A stretch of DNA of 57,274 nucleotides, counting the filler, from Sphacelaria rigidula (taxonomy: Eukaryota), in assembly GCA_964200075.2 (NCBI GenBank). It is 6 parts of 6 records of this genome, joined end to end, with 100 filler letters (N's around TTAATTAATTAA, not from the genome) between each part and the next. Parts side by side here need not be neighbours in the genome. Positions count along the whole stretch, not along the records: positions 1 to 9,463 come from CAXNAA020008441.1; positions 9,564 to 19,026 come from CAXNAA020008442.1; 4 more parts are not named here. One strand, 5' to 3'. Position 1 is the stretch's first letter, and each line of letters begins with the position of its first letter. The notes under the pieces were generated by a model, which worked only from the letters and a program-made list of their open reading frames with translations, was not told the DNA's origin and made no database searches. The position numbers were made by a program, and so were the translations under genes. Of this stretch, positions 1 to 12,174 are shown one piece after another.

Positions 1-389
1 CGCATTACTCCTAGAACTGTGGCGATGTCTAAATCGACGGGAAAGTCGATTGTTTCGGGTCTCACTCTGAATCTGAAACTACCCTCTGAATCTCACGAAT
101 ATAGTGTTGAGTCCGGTCCCACAAGGGTTAATATTCCCAAAAAATCGTTTCTTCGTCTAGGACCCCCACATTTAGTTGTTCAGATCCAAATTTGTACGAC
201 GTGCAGTACTTGTCAATAGCGACCAGTAGGTGAAGGAATGGAACCATATTTTAAAGATTTGGTGTGGATACGATGATTTTAATCCTCCGGGTTTCTCATC
301 CTCAGTGACAAGCTCCATCCTCAAGTTGGATAATTTACAAGCTTTTCAGAAGCTCGTTTTAAGCTTTTTAAAAGCATCTTTTTCGAAGC

Positions 390-1300
390 CCGAAACCCCC
401 AAATTAAGCTGAACCTTATGCATACGAAGCTAAGGCCTAGATGCGATATCCACATTTATAGCGCATTCATAGTTTCTCTCTTCGTAATATATTCATTTTA
501 TTATAGAAACTTATGTGCGCCATATCTCGAAATAGATGACGAATTAGGCGAAGCTGAAGTATATCAATCGTTTCCCCGTGCCCTAGGGATTGTCCACACC
601 AAAAATCATTATCATCCAAGGCCTTGAACAAAAAATGAGGTTCAACTTAAAAGCAGTGCTTTCCCTAACCTGAAGTCATGACAGATGACTTTCATATGGA
701 CGACCTCATTCATCCCGACCTCCCTAAAACTGTTCCGGGAGATTTCTAGCCTCCTGTTCCCCCGAAGGGTATGTGCGAAAGCACGATTTTGGGCAAAAAG
801 CGCCCCTTTTTTCACCCCGAAATCAAAGCAAAAATATGCTTTCGCACATAGTCGTTGGGGGAAAGGAAAGCTTAAAATTCTCCGAAATAGTTGTTGGGAG
901 GTCGGGAGGGATGAGGTCACCCATATGAACGTCATTAGTCACGATTATAGGTGAGGGAAAACACTGCTTTTGAGCTGAACCTCATCGTTTCGTTCGACCC
1001 CATTTTTGGGAATCCGCTGTTACCCGCTGTATATATCTTTCGGGGTTTCATATAGACTTGAGTATGCCCGGACGCTCTCTTCGTACGGTATAGGAATTAC
1101 AAGACTTGGGAGTTAATCAACGAGAAAAATTGACTCAGAATTTTGAGCAGACGGTGACCTCTCTCTTGATCAGTAGACGATGAATACGATACGAGGATCA
1201 CGGCCCAATTCGCCTGTGTTGATGAGATATTGCTTTGAGAGCTCGAGTGCGCGTCCAGGCCGGTCCAGCTCGTCGTCCGTTTGGAAGCTGTGTGAAGACG
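390..1300. repeat. Dispersed repeat family C (non-autonomous DNA-element-like); other copies at about 9620-10560 and 30100-30960
   Basis: Shared core CATATCT..AGAT(A/G)ACG..TGAAG..TATC(A/G)ATCGTTTCCCCGTG...GCTGTATATATC.TTCGGGGTTTCAT seen at 521-1060, 9953-10080 and 30435-30565. The piece-1 copy is interrupted by a MITE. Ends are approximate. Confidence 0.75.
626..995. mobile_element. Palindromic MITE (~370 bp, arms ~165 bp); same family as 56596-57176
   Basis: AAATGAGGTTCAACTTAAAAGCAGTG... pairs with ...CACTGCTTTTGAGCTGAACCTCAT. Absent from the family-C copy at ~10047. Confidence 0.85.
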
Positions 1301-1423
1301 TCGACGCATTTTTCAACATTCACCCTTCTTCCATTGGAAAATGACTATTGAAAATTCTCAATGCTAAATCGGGATACTGAACGCATATAATAAACACGCG
1401 GTACAGTGGCGGCCAAGGTTTAA

Positions 1424-1541
1424 CCCTTTTGGAACCCATTGACGATTTTTGTTTTTGTGAATCGGCATCATTTTCAGTCATTTTCAAGCCAAAATGACGT
1501 CGATTCACAAAAACAAAAATCGCCAATGGTTTCCCAAAGGG
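1424..1541. mobile_element. piggyBac-type MITE
   Basis: TTAA|CCCTTT...AAAGGG|TCAA termini with a near-complete internal palindrome. CCC..GGG ends and a TTAA TSD are piggyBac hallmarks. Confidence 0.75.
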
Positions 1542-2017
1542 TCAAGAGAGATATGCCGGTTATGGTACTCTTTTACACTCCATGTGGTGTTGTAATTGTT
1601 GAGAGAGGCAAGCATAACACGCCAGTCGGCTTCGCGAGAGGTGATGCTGCAAGCCACAAGAGCGACTGCAGTGACGGACTTCCGTTGTAGTGTAGTGCAA
1701 GAGCCTATCACCGATCACCGATTGTGGTGACCGATCACCGTTGTTGTACTTGTCGTGAGAGTCGCTGCCGCCGCAAGCGATGCCGCAAGCCACGAGAGCG
1801 ACAACACATACGAATACTGCTGTAGTGTAGTGCAAGCGCCGCAAGCCATAAGAGCAACTGTACAAATAGCTGTTGCTCCATGTTCGACGGCAATGCAATC
1901 CAATTCCGTTGTCGGGGCGCAATCCAATTCCATTGTCAAGGCGTGTTGAAAATACTGTTCCCAAAATGATCATTATTGACCTGGATAAAGTATGGAAAAA
2001 CCGGACGCAAATATATT

Positions 2018-2957
2018 GATAACAGCCGATTACAATTTTTGGGGGTGAATACTAAAATGGGGTTCAAAGGGCATACATTTTTTGTTCGAATGACGCGAAA
2101 CAGTTACACCAAGGCAAAACATCTCCCGCCCCAAAAACTGCAGCAGTTAAGCAGTTAAGGCTAGGTGCACCGAACGAATGCGGTGTACACGCGTGTCGAT
2201 GACGATACAACCGGAGGCGTAACCGCAGCGAGGAAGCTCCTCGCCTGTATCCTTTGTGTGTCCTCGCTCGGCGATTCCCAATCGCACGAGAGACTGGCAT
2301 CATGCATATCACCAGCATGTACCCAATTTCCCATGTGCCGGTAGTAGGCAGGTTATTGCTGTACAGCCCCTCAAAGAACATCGAGGTGCCGAGGTGTCAT
2401 CTCTTTTTGTCTGTGGAGCTGACCAATGCAAAGATCATCGATTCTTCTCTACCTCTCTTTTCAGACAGGACGCGCCTCTGTGCGCTGCAGAACACGTCGT
2501 TGAAAAACAGGGCGATGTTCCCGTCACCGCTGCTGTTCTCTGTCACACACATGCCAGCAAGGACGGTGCTGCGGCAGTAACATATCCAATCGCAACTCGG
2601 AGGGTGTTATCCACCGTTGATTGTACCCGACATGTGTGCTCGTACCTGTGCGTGCGCGAGGACAAGAGCGTGCCACACGCCAGTTGTGGGGGGGGGGGGG
2701 GAGTGAGAGAGATCAAACACTTGTGAAGACCTTCTTGTCATGCGGAGCGAAAAAGATACCTATAACAGCCAATTTTAGCTTTTGGGGGTGAACACTGAAA
2801 TGGTGTTCAAGCGCCATATCGTTTTTGCACGAATGACGCGAAACAGTTACACAAAAAAAGGAGACCATCTCCCCCCCCCAAATCTGCATCAGTTAAGCAG
2901 TTGTGAACATCTTCCTGTCATGCGGAGTGAAAAGTATACCTATAACAGCCGATTCTA
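2018..2957 (-). mobile_element. Repeat cassette with A-internal-B-A-B direct-repeat layout and a relic minus-strand reading frame; homologous to 35756-36490
   Basis: A = 2018-2156 ~ 2762-2902; B = 2721-2770 ~ 2901-2950. Internal 2160-2570 aligns with 35900-36300. Confidence 0.7.
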
Positions 2958-3767
2958 ACTGCTGCTGGCGTGGCGCATGGGGGTGCCTCTATGCTGCAAT
3001 CTTGAGCACCCACCCATCCCGTGTGTCGCGGTGGCTTTCGATAATTCCGATGTGAGGAGGTCAATCATTACGAGCCGGGGCGAGCTATGGTCCACGAGGA
3101 ACAAGATTGCGTTATGATCAACCACTTGTTGTTGCATTTGAGACCCACGCCATCAACCGCCAACCGAAAAGGTCTTGTGGCTTTCAAGCAACGCTGGCGG
3201 TAGTATGCCCGACAAACCCGGTCAAAGTTAGCTTTCGTTGCTCCACTGTTTGTACAAAGTGTCGCGGCGTCTGTATAATCACCTTGTAACAACACCGAAA
3301 TTCACAAGGGTTGTAAAACTTAAAAATCCCCATTTTTCCAACTTATCCGACACAATGTAAAGGACTCTCAAGAGCTGCGGGAAAGTGGCCGCTTTGGGTT
3401 CGGTCAAACACGCGAAGGTACTGTCGAACAACAATACCAAACGATGCTGGGATTGACATGGATCAATCAGTATATAACCGTAGTGAAATTGACAGCTTTA
3501 CGTTCAGAGCAGAAAACTGTGCACCTGAAACGGTTTGCGTGTGGAAAAACGCGGATTTTCATTAGGAGAAACTCTCCGTGACCACGTCAGTGTTACATGA
3601 GCTGGCAAAAACTCTGTCGTCGTGTCTTGAATACCTCGTGGGGGTGCGGGGAAACCACCCTCCCCGCAGCTCTTTGGAGTCCTTCACATTGTGTGGGATG
3701 AGTTGAAAGAATGGGGCTGTTTGGTTTTTACAACCCTTGTGAACTTCGGTGTTGTTACGAGGTGATT

Positions 3768-4026
3768 TGTGACACCAAACAGAAGAACTGGTGGATCACT
3801 GCTGTTGAGGGAATCCCCAGTCTAACTGGCCTCAGTTTCAGTTGTCAGCCTTTGCAACATCTCATTATCAGGAGTGCCCTCGTAGGCACAGCCTCCTAGG
3901 CACGCCGGGTATCATCCCCGTGTCCCAGGTCGTTATCCAGAATCCTCCCAGAATTCTCCAGAATCCCCGTGCCCCCAGTCATTATCCAGATCTACCAACT
4001 CAACGTATGGGCGTAATTTCATCACA
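3768..4026 (-). repeat. 3' LTR
   Basis: TGTGAC...ATCACA. About 30 substitutions and 2 indels against the other LTR by eye (~88% identity). Confidence 0.92.
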
Positions 4027-4100
4027 GCACCCCCGAAGCACGTTGGACGAAAATCGATCAACAAGCTTGGCCCATAGAAATTGCCAAAACGATGAACAAG

Positions 4101-7100
4101 TCACAACTGAACATCAAACTCACGCGTAATGCGAGCAGCAACAGCACGAGTCACGCGCAATTTACGCAACTCCTTTGTGAGAAATTCCGGAGCGACCTCA
4201 AAAATATCCTCGAAATGCTCCCACGTACGCTTCTCAACTTCAAAACCAACCCAGTCGACCAACACGATCAACGAACGATTGTCGGCTTCTGTCACTCGGA
4301 CAATACAAGCCATCTGAAATTGCCCCTGATTGAAAGCGTGCTGGGACACGTCCTTAACCTCAGCCGTAACATTAAGCTACGCGTCTGCATAAAAACGCAA
4401 ACGAGCTACATGAGCGGTCTGAAAACAACCCGAAACAATGTTCTGAATCTCAAACACGTGTGGGTGGTGAGCATCAACCACTCTCCATGGACCAGTCCAC
4501 GTCGCCATCAACTTGGGCGTAACGCCCAGACGACGCACGCGTGCATACAAGACATAGTCGCTTACCTCAGAATTCGACAGTTCCAGGCCCGACGAGGACC
4601 CCTCACGTCTACACGCACGTTCAGCGGCAACAGGAAACGTTCTTGCAAGTCCAAGACTCCTTGCAATGCACGTTTAATTTGATCATCATCCAAGATATCA
4701 CAATTCCATTCCCCCGCCGACGAAGACGCCAACACCGAGAAAGACGTCCGAGGAGCACGACCAAGCATCACGTGGTACGGCGTACTATCGCAACGACGAC
4801 GATACGCTGTATTGAGCGCCCATTGCACCGCAGGCAACACGTCAACCCACTCGAAAACCGCCTTACGCTGCTCGAGAATAATAGAGCAAAGAGCATGCAC
4901 TACTTCCTTGACCATGCGTTCGCACGTGCCGTTAAACCACGGAGAATACGCCACCGCAAACTGGTGATCAACGTGCAAAGCCTCACGCAATCGGGCCAAG
5001 ATCACATTCTTTAAATGCGTGGCGGTATCACTCACCCACGCACGCGGCATCCCCGAAGTTTTGCACCAATTCAGCATAGATGCAGCAGTCGAGTCAGCAG
5101 TACACACTACTGCTGGTTCCGAAGACACGAAGTTGCTCAAATCATCCATGATTACCTGAATGTATCGAAACATCCGAGTGGCGGACTGCTCTAGCCCACG
5201 TACAAGAAGTCAAAATGAACGACTTATTCGGCATGATCCCACGGACCATTTCACCGAGCGGGCGGGGAACAAGATCGCCCGCCCTCGAGTCAACACAGTG
5301 AAGACACCGGTGGACAAATTCGCGCACATGAGTTTCTATCCCCTGCCAGACACGAAACTCCGGCAAGCGCACGGGCGTCGCAGTCACACCACGATGCCCG
5401 GCGTCGCGCATGTGCGCGCATATAATCAGACGTACCTACAACTGCTTGTCAGACCTCGGAATCCACAAAACGGTTGGGCCACGCACATGCACACGAAACA
5501 GACCTTCATTGTCCACGATAGCAGTACCAGCGTCCGACTCGAAAGATTGCACATCCGCATCTTCGGCCCCAAGGCCTTTCCATTGCGCTTGGCGAACAAC
5601 GGATTTAGACGGCATCGAGTCATCAGGTTCACACGGATCATACACAGCCACAGCACGCACAGGCAAAGCCGGAATATTCACCGAACGCGAAGCAAGTCAC
5701 CCCATGCGTTACGGTCACCCGAACTATGGCAAATCTAGTAACGAGACGAGGGTACTGGCTAAAAGCAGCTTTCCAACCCTCCAAACGTTGTGCCAATGCC
5801 TTCGGCACAGACGTAACCCACGCTTCCGGGTTGAAAATATACACGAGATTTCGGTGATCCGTGAAAATGTGCACGCCATCCCACAAAAGCAGCAAACAAA
5901 ACAACACTCTGTAAACGAGGCAAGATAGCATCAAGCGTGTCTAAAAGTCCGTCTTCCGTGTCCGCGAAAAAAAATACATCATCCACCCATATCTTGCATT
6001 TCAAGCCGACAAGCAGTTCTGTCATGATGCCTTGAAAATATGCCGTGGCATTCAGCACGCCTTGCGGTACTCTCTTCGGGGCAAACAAGCCAAACGGAGT
6101 CGTGATTGTGAAAATCTTCTGCGCCTCCTGCGCCTCCTGCGCCTCCTCCGCCAACGACATCTGCCAGCAACCTTGGAGGAGGTCCAACTTGCCAAAAAAT
6201 CGAGCACCCAACAGATCACGCATGTCCGATTCTTGGGTGGGCATCACACCCGGCGACTTCTCAATCTGCTCATTCACTGCCTTGTAGCCGCTTACCAGGC
6301 GAAATGAGTCTTTCTTCGGAACCGCCATCGCCGGACTAGACCACACCGTCTGCAAGTTCCTGAACACCAACCCGAGCGCCCACAGAGCCGCCATTCACGA
6401 CGCCAACCAACCCCACCTCACCGGATCGTACCGCCGCGGCTTCGTCTTCACCGCGGACACCCCAGGTTTTAGCTGAACACGCATGGGCTCCACGCGCGCA
6501 GGGGAATCACCCTGTAGCGCACGAGGAAACACGTTGACGCGGCGATGCAATACGCCGCGCAGGCGCTCCGCTTTTGAGCCGCTGAGGTCTCTCGCCACAG
6601 CATCTGTCAAGCTCTCCTTCAGCGCGACCTCCCGAGCGGACTCCTCTTCCGCCGGATCCATGAATCTCCGGGCCGCGCTCCACCAAGCTTTCCACCGCCG
6701 CGTCCCGTTCCTCGGTCACCTGCCCCCCAGCCTTGTGAAAAACATCCATCGTCAAGCTCACGCAACGACTGCCCCCAAAAGCGGGCGTCTCCACGTGCGG
6801 ACCAGGCGGAGACATCCGCGTCTTGATGGAGTCCCACAACCGCTCATACGGGTAGACTCCACAGATCCTGTAGCGTAAGCAACCCCAGAAGAATGACGCC
6901 ATCCGACCCCGACATGATCGCGAACGAGATCGGAGGCAACGGCGCCGGCCCCCAGGCAGTTGTGAAAGCCAGCTGCAGCGGAACAGTACGCTCCGTGACG
7001 GAAATATGCTGACCCGACGCGGTGACGGCCAGCGCAGCGGCACACCCGGGAAGAGACGCTCCAACATCTCTACAATCCGCACCGACAGACTCGTGAAGTG

Positions 7101-7244
7101 GGCGCCAGAATCCAACACAGCCCAAACCGCAATGGCTCCACGCTCCCGTTGATTCGGAAGACACAGCTCCTCAGGAACGTATTTGCCCGCAAACTCCACT
7201 GGCACTTCATCCACCGACCGATGCGCCACTAATCCCACTTGACG
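4101..7244 (-). pseudogene. pol: Disrupted pol (protease, RT, partial RNase H, integrase, chromodomain)
   Basis: PR AVLDSGA (~7110); RT KLDLLQGCWQ, VPQGVLNA, WVDDV; RH remnant IFTDHRNL; INT HHCC (GHRG...CLHC), SDTATHL, NGTCERMVK; WTGPW motif; chromo-like LVDWVGFEVEKRTWEHFED. Several stops and frameshifts, and a deletion of the RT end and most of RNase H near 5890. Confidence 0.92.
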
Positions 7245-8459
7245 TCACGGCTGCGCAAGCTGCGCAGGCGAAGACGCCCCGGCAGGTTGGAACGGCACCG
7301 CCGGCGGGTACGCCCCCCAGCCAGCAGACCACGAATTTGGCGAACATCCGACCAGAGCATCAATAGGCGTCGCGCCTGGCGCTGCTGCCGGTGTCGCCAC
7401 CGGCGCCACCACCGGTGCCGGCGCAGTGTTCGACACTGTAGCGGTCGGTCCCACCTGCACCGCTCGTTGCGGAGCAGCAGCACCTACGGCGGCGCCGGAC
7501 CCAGAACCAGACTCATGCTGACGCTGCTGCTGCTGCTGCTGAGAACTCGAGTGCGACCCTTCACCGCCGGAGGATCCACCGCCGCCACTACCCCGATCAC
7601 TTCGTTCTTTGCGCTTATGCTGTCGATGCTGGTGGCGCGCGGCATGAACCTGCCCAGACTCTCCACAGGAAGACGTTGGGCAATCGCGCGCGGAATGGCC
7701 GACCTGGCCACAACGGTGGCAGGTGATGGTCGCGGTGCGGCCAGCCGATTTCAAGCCGTGGTGGCGCACAGACTTTGGCGTGGAGGTGGACGACTGGCCA
7801 AACACCTCTATCTTTCGCCACTCCTTGACCTCGGCCACGATGGTATCCATCACCAGGTAAGGGTCGGTCTTCCAGTCTGTTTCGTGCTGCGACTTAACAA
7901 GCACGGCTTGCTTGAATGTTTCAGGCTTTAACCCCTCCACCAACGCCTTGGCGATTACGGCAGCCGGACCGGGCATAAATTCACCATGGGGGGAACGATA
8001 TATTAGCTCCACGTTTGGATTTCCTGATGAGTATTTTTCCAGATTGAACAGGATTGGTTCCACCCGCTGTAGCACCGTCTTTCCGCGAGACTCCATGGCG
8101 ACAGCTTTCGCCACGGCCGCGGACGCTTGGGTCAACTCCACCTCGGCCTCCGCCGCATGCCCAGCATGCTTTTTAACCGCTGCAACCAATTGCGGCGGGG
8201 TTATTGTGCTCCCATCATGTTGCACACGCGCCAACACTCCTTGCGCACTCGTCGGCACTTGTTGAGCCATCATCACTACCTGATATCGCACTGCATTCCC
8301 TGCCTTAGCGTGCTCTACACGCTTATTGTACCCCACATTCTTGGTATAGAAAGTGCGAAATGCACTGTCGGAGTATCTGTTTCCGTATGGGCCAGGTCGC
8401 ACCTCTTGCCGCATAACCACGGGCGTCACGCTCGACGCAGCACGCGAGCCAGTCGCCAT
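7245..8459 (-). CDS. gag: Retrotransposon Gag (404 aa, open)
   Basis: Zinc knuckle CHRCGQVGHSARDC (CX2CX4HX4C); lies just downstream of the 5' LTR. Confidence 0.85.
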   Translation of the reverse strand: MATGSRAASSVTPVVMRQEVRPGPYGNRYSDSAFRTFYTKNVGYNKRVEHAKAGNAVRYQVVMMAQQVPTSAQGVLARVQHDGSTITPPQLVAAVKKHAGHAAEAEVELTQASAAVAKAVAMESRGKTVLQRVEPILFNLEKYSSGNPNVELIYRSPHGEFMPGPAAVIAKALVEGLKPETFKQAVLVKSQHETDWKTDPYLVMDTIVAEVKEWRKIEVFGQSSTSTPKSVRHHGLKSAGRTATITCHRCGQVGHSARDCPTSSCGESGQVHAARHQHRQHKRKERSDRGSGGGGSSGGEGSHSSSQQQQQQRQHESGSGSGAAVGAAAPQRAVQVGPTATVSNTAPAPVVAPVATPAAAPGATPIDALVGCSPNSWSAGWGAYPPAVPFQPAGASSPAQLAQP

Positions 8460-8734
8460 AACAGCAGCCGGCTACCTGCGAACCTTTCGCAGGCCAGCGG
8501 ACCGTTGCGAATTGCCCACTTCACCCTTGCTTCGTCGCCGCACCACACCGTCGTAGGAGTCTCCAGTCTGGATTAATCACAGACCAACCGCCTTTCTGCC
8601 GATCACCTCAGCTAGAACCCCTTCCACGCGTCCGTGGTTTATCAGGTTTGTCCACATCTACCAGACTCTTGCGCCGGATTTTCCTGCAGCATTCCGCTAG
8701 GTACTAGCATTAGCACTAGCACTAATATCGATGT

Positions 8735-9001
8735 TGTGACGCCAGCCAGAAGAAGAACTGGTGGATCACTGCTGTTGAGGGACTCCCTAGTCTGACTGGC
8801 CTTAGTTTCAGTTGTCAGCCTCTACAACATCCCATTGTCAGAAGTGCCCTCTCAGGCACAGCCTACTAGACATGCAGGGTATCATCCTCGTGTCCCCGGT
8901 CATTTTCCAGAATCATCCCAAAATTCTCCAGAATCCCCGTGCCCCCAGTCATGATCCAGATCATCACTACCTACTCAACCTATCGGCGTAATTTCGTTAC
9001 A
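8735..9001 (-). repeat. 5' LTR
   Basis: TGTGAC...GTTACA, direct repeat of 3768-4026. Confidence 0.92.
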
Positions 9002-9463
9002 GATTGCACAGACACCGCGGCACTTAGTACAAACAGTGGAGCAACGAAAGCTAACTTTGACCGGGTTTGTGGGGCGTACTACCGCCAGCGTTGCTTGAAA
9101 GCCACAAGACCTTTGCGGTCGGCAGTTGATGGCGTGGGTCTCAAATGCAACGACAAGTGGTTGATCATAACGCACTCTTGTTATTGGAATATGTTTCGCC
9201 CCGGCTTGTAATGAATGACCTCTTCACATCGGAATTATCGAAAGCCACCGCGACACACGGGACGGGTGGGTGCTCAAGATGGCAGCATAGAGGCACCCCC
9301 ATGCGCCACGCCAGCAGCAGTTAGAATCGGCTGTTATAGGTATCTTTTTCGCTCCGCATGACAAGAAGGTCTTCACAAGTGTTTGATCTCTCTTACTCCC
9401 CCCCCCCCCCCCCCCCCACATCTCCTCCTGGCCTTTTTCCTCCACTGCTTCTCTCTAGTACAG

Positions 9464-9563
9464 NNNNNNNNNNNNNNNNNNNNNNNNNNNNNNNNNNNNN
9501 NNNNNNNTTAATTAATTAANNNNNNNNNNNNNNNNNNNNNNNNNNNNNNNNNNNNNNNNNNNN
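9464..9563. other. Artificial 100-bp linker N44-TTAATTAATTAA-N44 (also 19027-19126, 28590-28689, 38153-38252, 47714-47813)
   Basis: Five identical spacers with stops in all six frames, evenly spaced at 9561-9563 bp. The 10-N gaps at 26167, 42400 and 45377 look like native assembly gaps. Confidence 0.97.
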
Positions 9564-12174
9564 TCAATGGTCTTATGACTATGGCATGCATGATCATGAG
9601 TACCCCCCCCCCCGCCCCCAAGAGAATAAAAATGACGGCCCACTTTATTATTTTCAGTATACCTTTTGCGATTCTCCGTGTCAAGTCACAATTATAAAAA
9701 TTGAGCTGAAAAATTGAGATAAAGTCCAAGAACGAGGCCCCTTTTACCCAAAAAGTCCTCTGAAAAAAATGATGAGAAAAAAAGTTAGAGAAATGAAAAA
9801 TGCTGACGTTTTTTATTTTGTTGTGCGATAGAAATTCTCCGTGCGAAATTTCAAGGCACAACTCCCAAAAACTGAGGCGCAAAATCCAGATTTAGTGCAT
9901 GTAGTGCCTCTGCTCGTGATATATTGATTTTAGCATGGAATCTCATGTGCGCCATATCTCTAGATAGATAACGAATGAGGTGAAGGTAAGGGTATCGATC
10001 GTTTCCCCGTGCTCCAGGGAATGTCCGCACCAACAATCGTCATCATCCGCTGTATATATCGTTCGGGGTTTCATGTGGACGTTGGTGTGGACGGCTATCT
10101 CCGTACAGTACAGGAAATACCAGGCATGGCGTTCAATCAACTAGAAAGAAAAATAGCCCAGACTCTTGAGCGGATGGGCACCTTCCCCTTGGTCAGAGGA
10201 TAAACACAATATGCCGATCACTGCCCAACTCGTCTGTGTCGATGATATATTGCTTGGAGAGTTTTCACCCGTTTCTAGGCTGGACCAGCTCGTATCGCGT
10301 CCAGGGTCCTTTACTCTTTGGTATGTCTTAATCCATCCACAGCAATTGTCTCTCATTGGATGTTGTCTCTCTCGCCAACTCTGTGAGGGTTACTTGGACA
10401 TGCAAGATGTAGCCGAAACGCGCCCTTGGAGCAAAATACTGTACCAACCATGGGGGGCTCACCGCACATGACTGTTCCTGGCGAATCCAAGCTCGTTGAG
10501 TCTCGCAGTAAGTAAACTGCATGATGCACGTATAGGAGATATCGCGTGACTTGTGTACTTTTTTATATTGACATCCTGTCAGTCAGCCTTTTCTGCGTGT
10601 TTCGAAGCCAGCACACCGTTGTTAGATGAATGCCCGATATACGGTCCAGACGTGCATTGACAGTAGAAGGGTAAGAAAAAGTAACAACTTCAGGGGGAAA
10701 ACCATGAATAGTGCTGATGTTCCTGCACCGTCGGCTCCCGAAGCTCTCACCTTGAGTCGTCGAATTGCCACACACCTGCTAGTACTGTCTGTAGCAGAAG
10801 TTTTCATCATCATTCTTACGTCGACAGCTCATTCTCCTCCCACACGCCCCTCTAGGCGACACTTTCAAATCGCGGAAACACGACGGCACATGAGGCACGG
10901 GAGTGTCCGCGGCAAAGGCCTGGAAGCACGCTTCACGGGCTAGCGTTAAGGTTCAAAAAGTGTGGTGCTCCTGTGATACGGTTGCAGCCGGTCCGAAATT
11001 TCTCCTCAATATGACCGTCAGTAAAAGGCGTGTGCACCGATACTCTCCATACATCATTTTTATCTCATGTTCGTGTCCACCGGAATGAGATAAAAACGAT
11101 TGACCACATGCCGGTAGGGTATTTCATGTACTGTAATTTTATGCTGTGTCGACTACGCAGCACTGCAGCCTGTTGTGCTGACTGCAGGGTACCGTTCTCA
11201 CAGCTAGGAGGCAGCAGATGCCATCGTGCTTTAGTCGCCTCGATGCTAAGACGTGGGCCTCGTTTGCGGTGCAAGCGCAAACATACACTGAGAAAAAATC
11301 GCCGCAAGGCGGTCTAGCCGAGCCGTCGGGTAATCGGCACACGAACTCGCTCGCGATCGTCGCGATCGTTGCGGTCGCCAGCGGGATAAGTGTTGGGTTG
11401 GGTTTCCTCCTTCCATCAAGGAAAAAGAAAAACGGAGAAAAAGTAATTGAAATCACTCTAATTTCCTATGGCCCTTTGTTACATCAACTAACGGTCACTG
11501 ATTTTCAGGTTTAGATTCGGAATATTGTAGCACACTGCAGGCCAGTTCTAAGCCCAAGTCAATTCTTGGTGTGTCATGGGTGAAGCTGCCCACTTTTCGT
11601 GATATATTTCTTGGCAAGTGCTTTGAGTTTTGGGGAGCTGCGTGCCCTGCGTCCGCTCGCACCTCCTCCTGCGAACGGCCGGGCCTAATTATCTTCTCAC
11701 CGGGCAGTCATTTTCGCTGCTCTCACCGAAATTATGTAGGTGTAAGGTAAAGCGAGTCTTGACGCCGTTGCGCCGCGATGAGGTACCCCTAGGCCCTGTT
11801 CCTAAGTTACCATGTCATGGCTTTGCTGTACTTTATGGGTACTCAAGGCGACAATATCACAACTTGTTGCCGGCAATGCTGTCCCACTGTTCGGCATGGT
11901 AGACAGGGTTCTACGTCACATGTTCTCGTGCTGAGATACCTGCGCCTGTCTCGCCTATTCCACGGAGTGCTGTTCGACTGAAAGCACACTGTCACTCCAT
12001 CGAACGTACCACAATTGTTGACATGATAGATCTATGCCCGGCGCATCGTTCATTTGCGTCGCTTGTTCAGGCAACTCCAGAGGCCAATAGAGCCAGTTCC
12101 TTGCCGTCACCGATCATCCGGAAGCCGAACCTGTGGGTGCGTCGTGGTGACTTCCGTCGCCCGTCGTGTTAGAA

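Larger units (their letters stand above)
3768..9001 (-). mobile_element. Ty3/gypsy LTR retrotransposon with chromodomain, decayed
   Basis: Two TG...CA LTRs, 4-bp TSD GATT (3764-3767 and 9002-9005), and gag-PR-RT-RH-INT-chromodomain order on the minus strand. Confidence 0.95.
2685..9420. mobile_element. Long fold-back element: left arm 2685-3388, spacer, right arm 3655-3767 + 9002-9420 (split by the LTR element)
   Basis: 9002-9420 is the reverse complement of 2685-2770/2901-3280, and 3655-3767 is the reverse complement of ~3277-3388. Confidence 0.85.
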
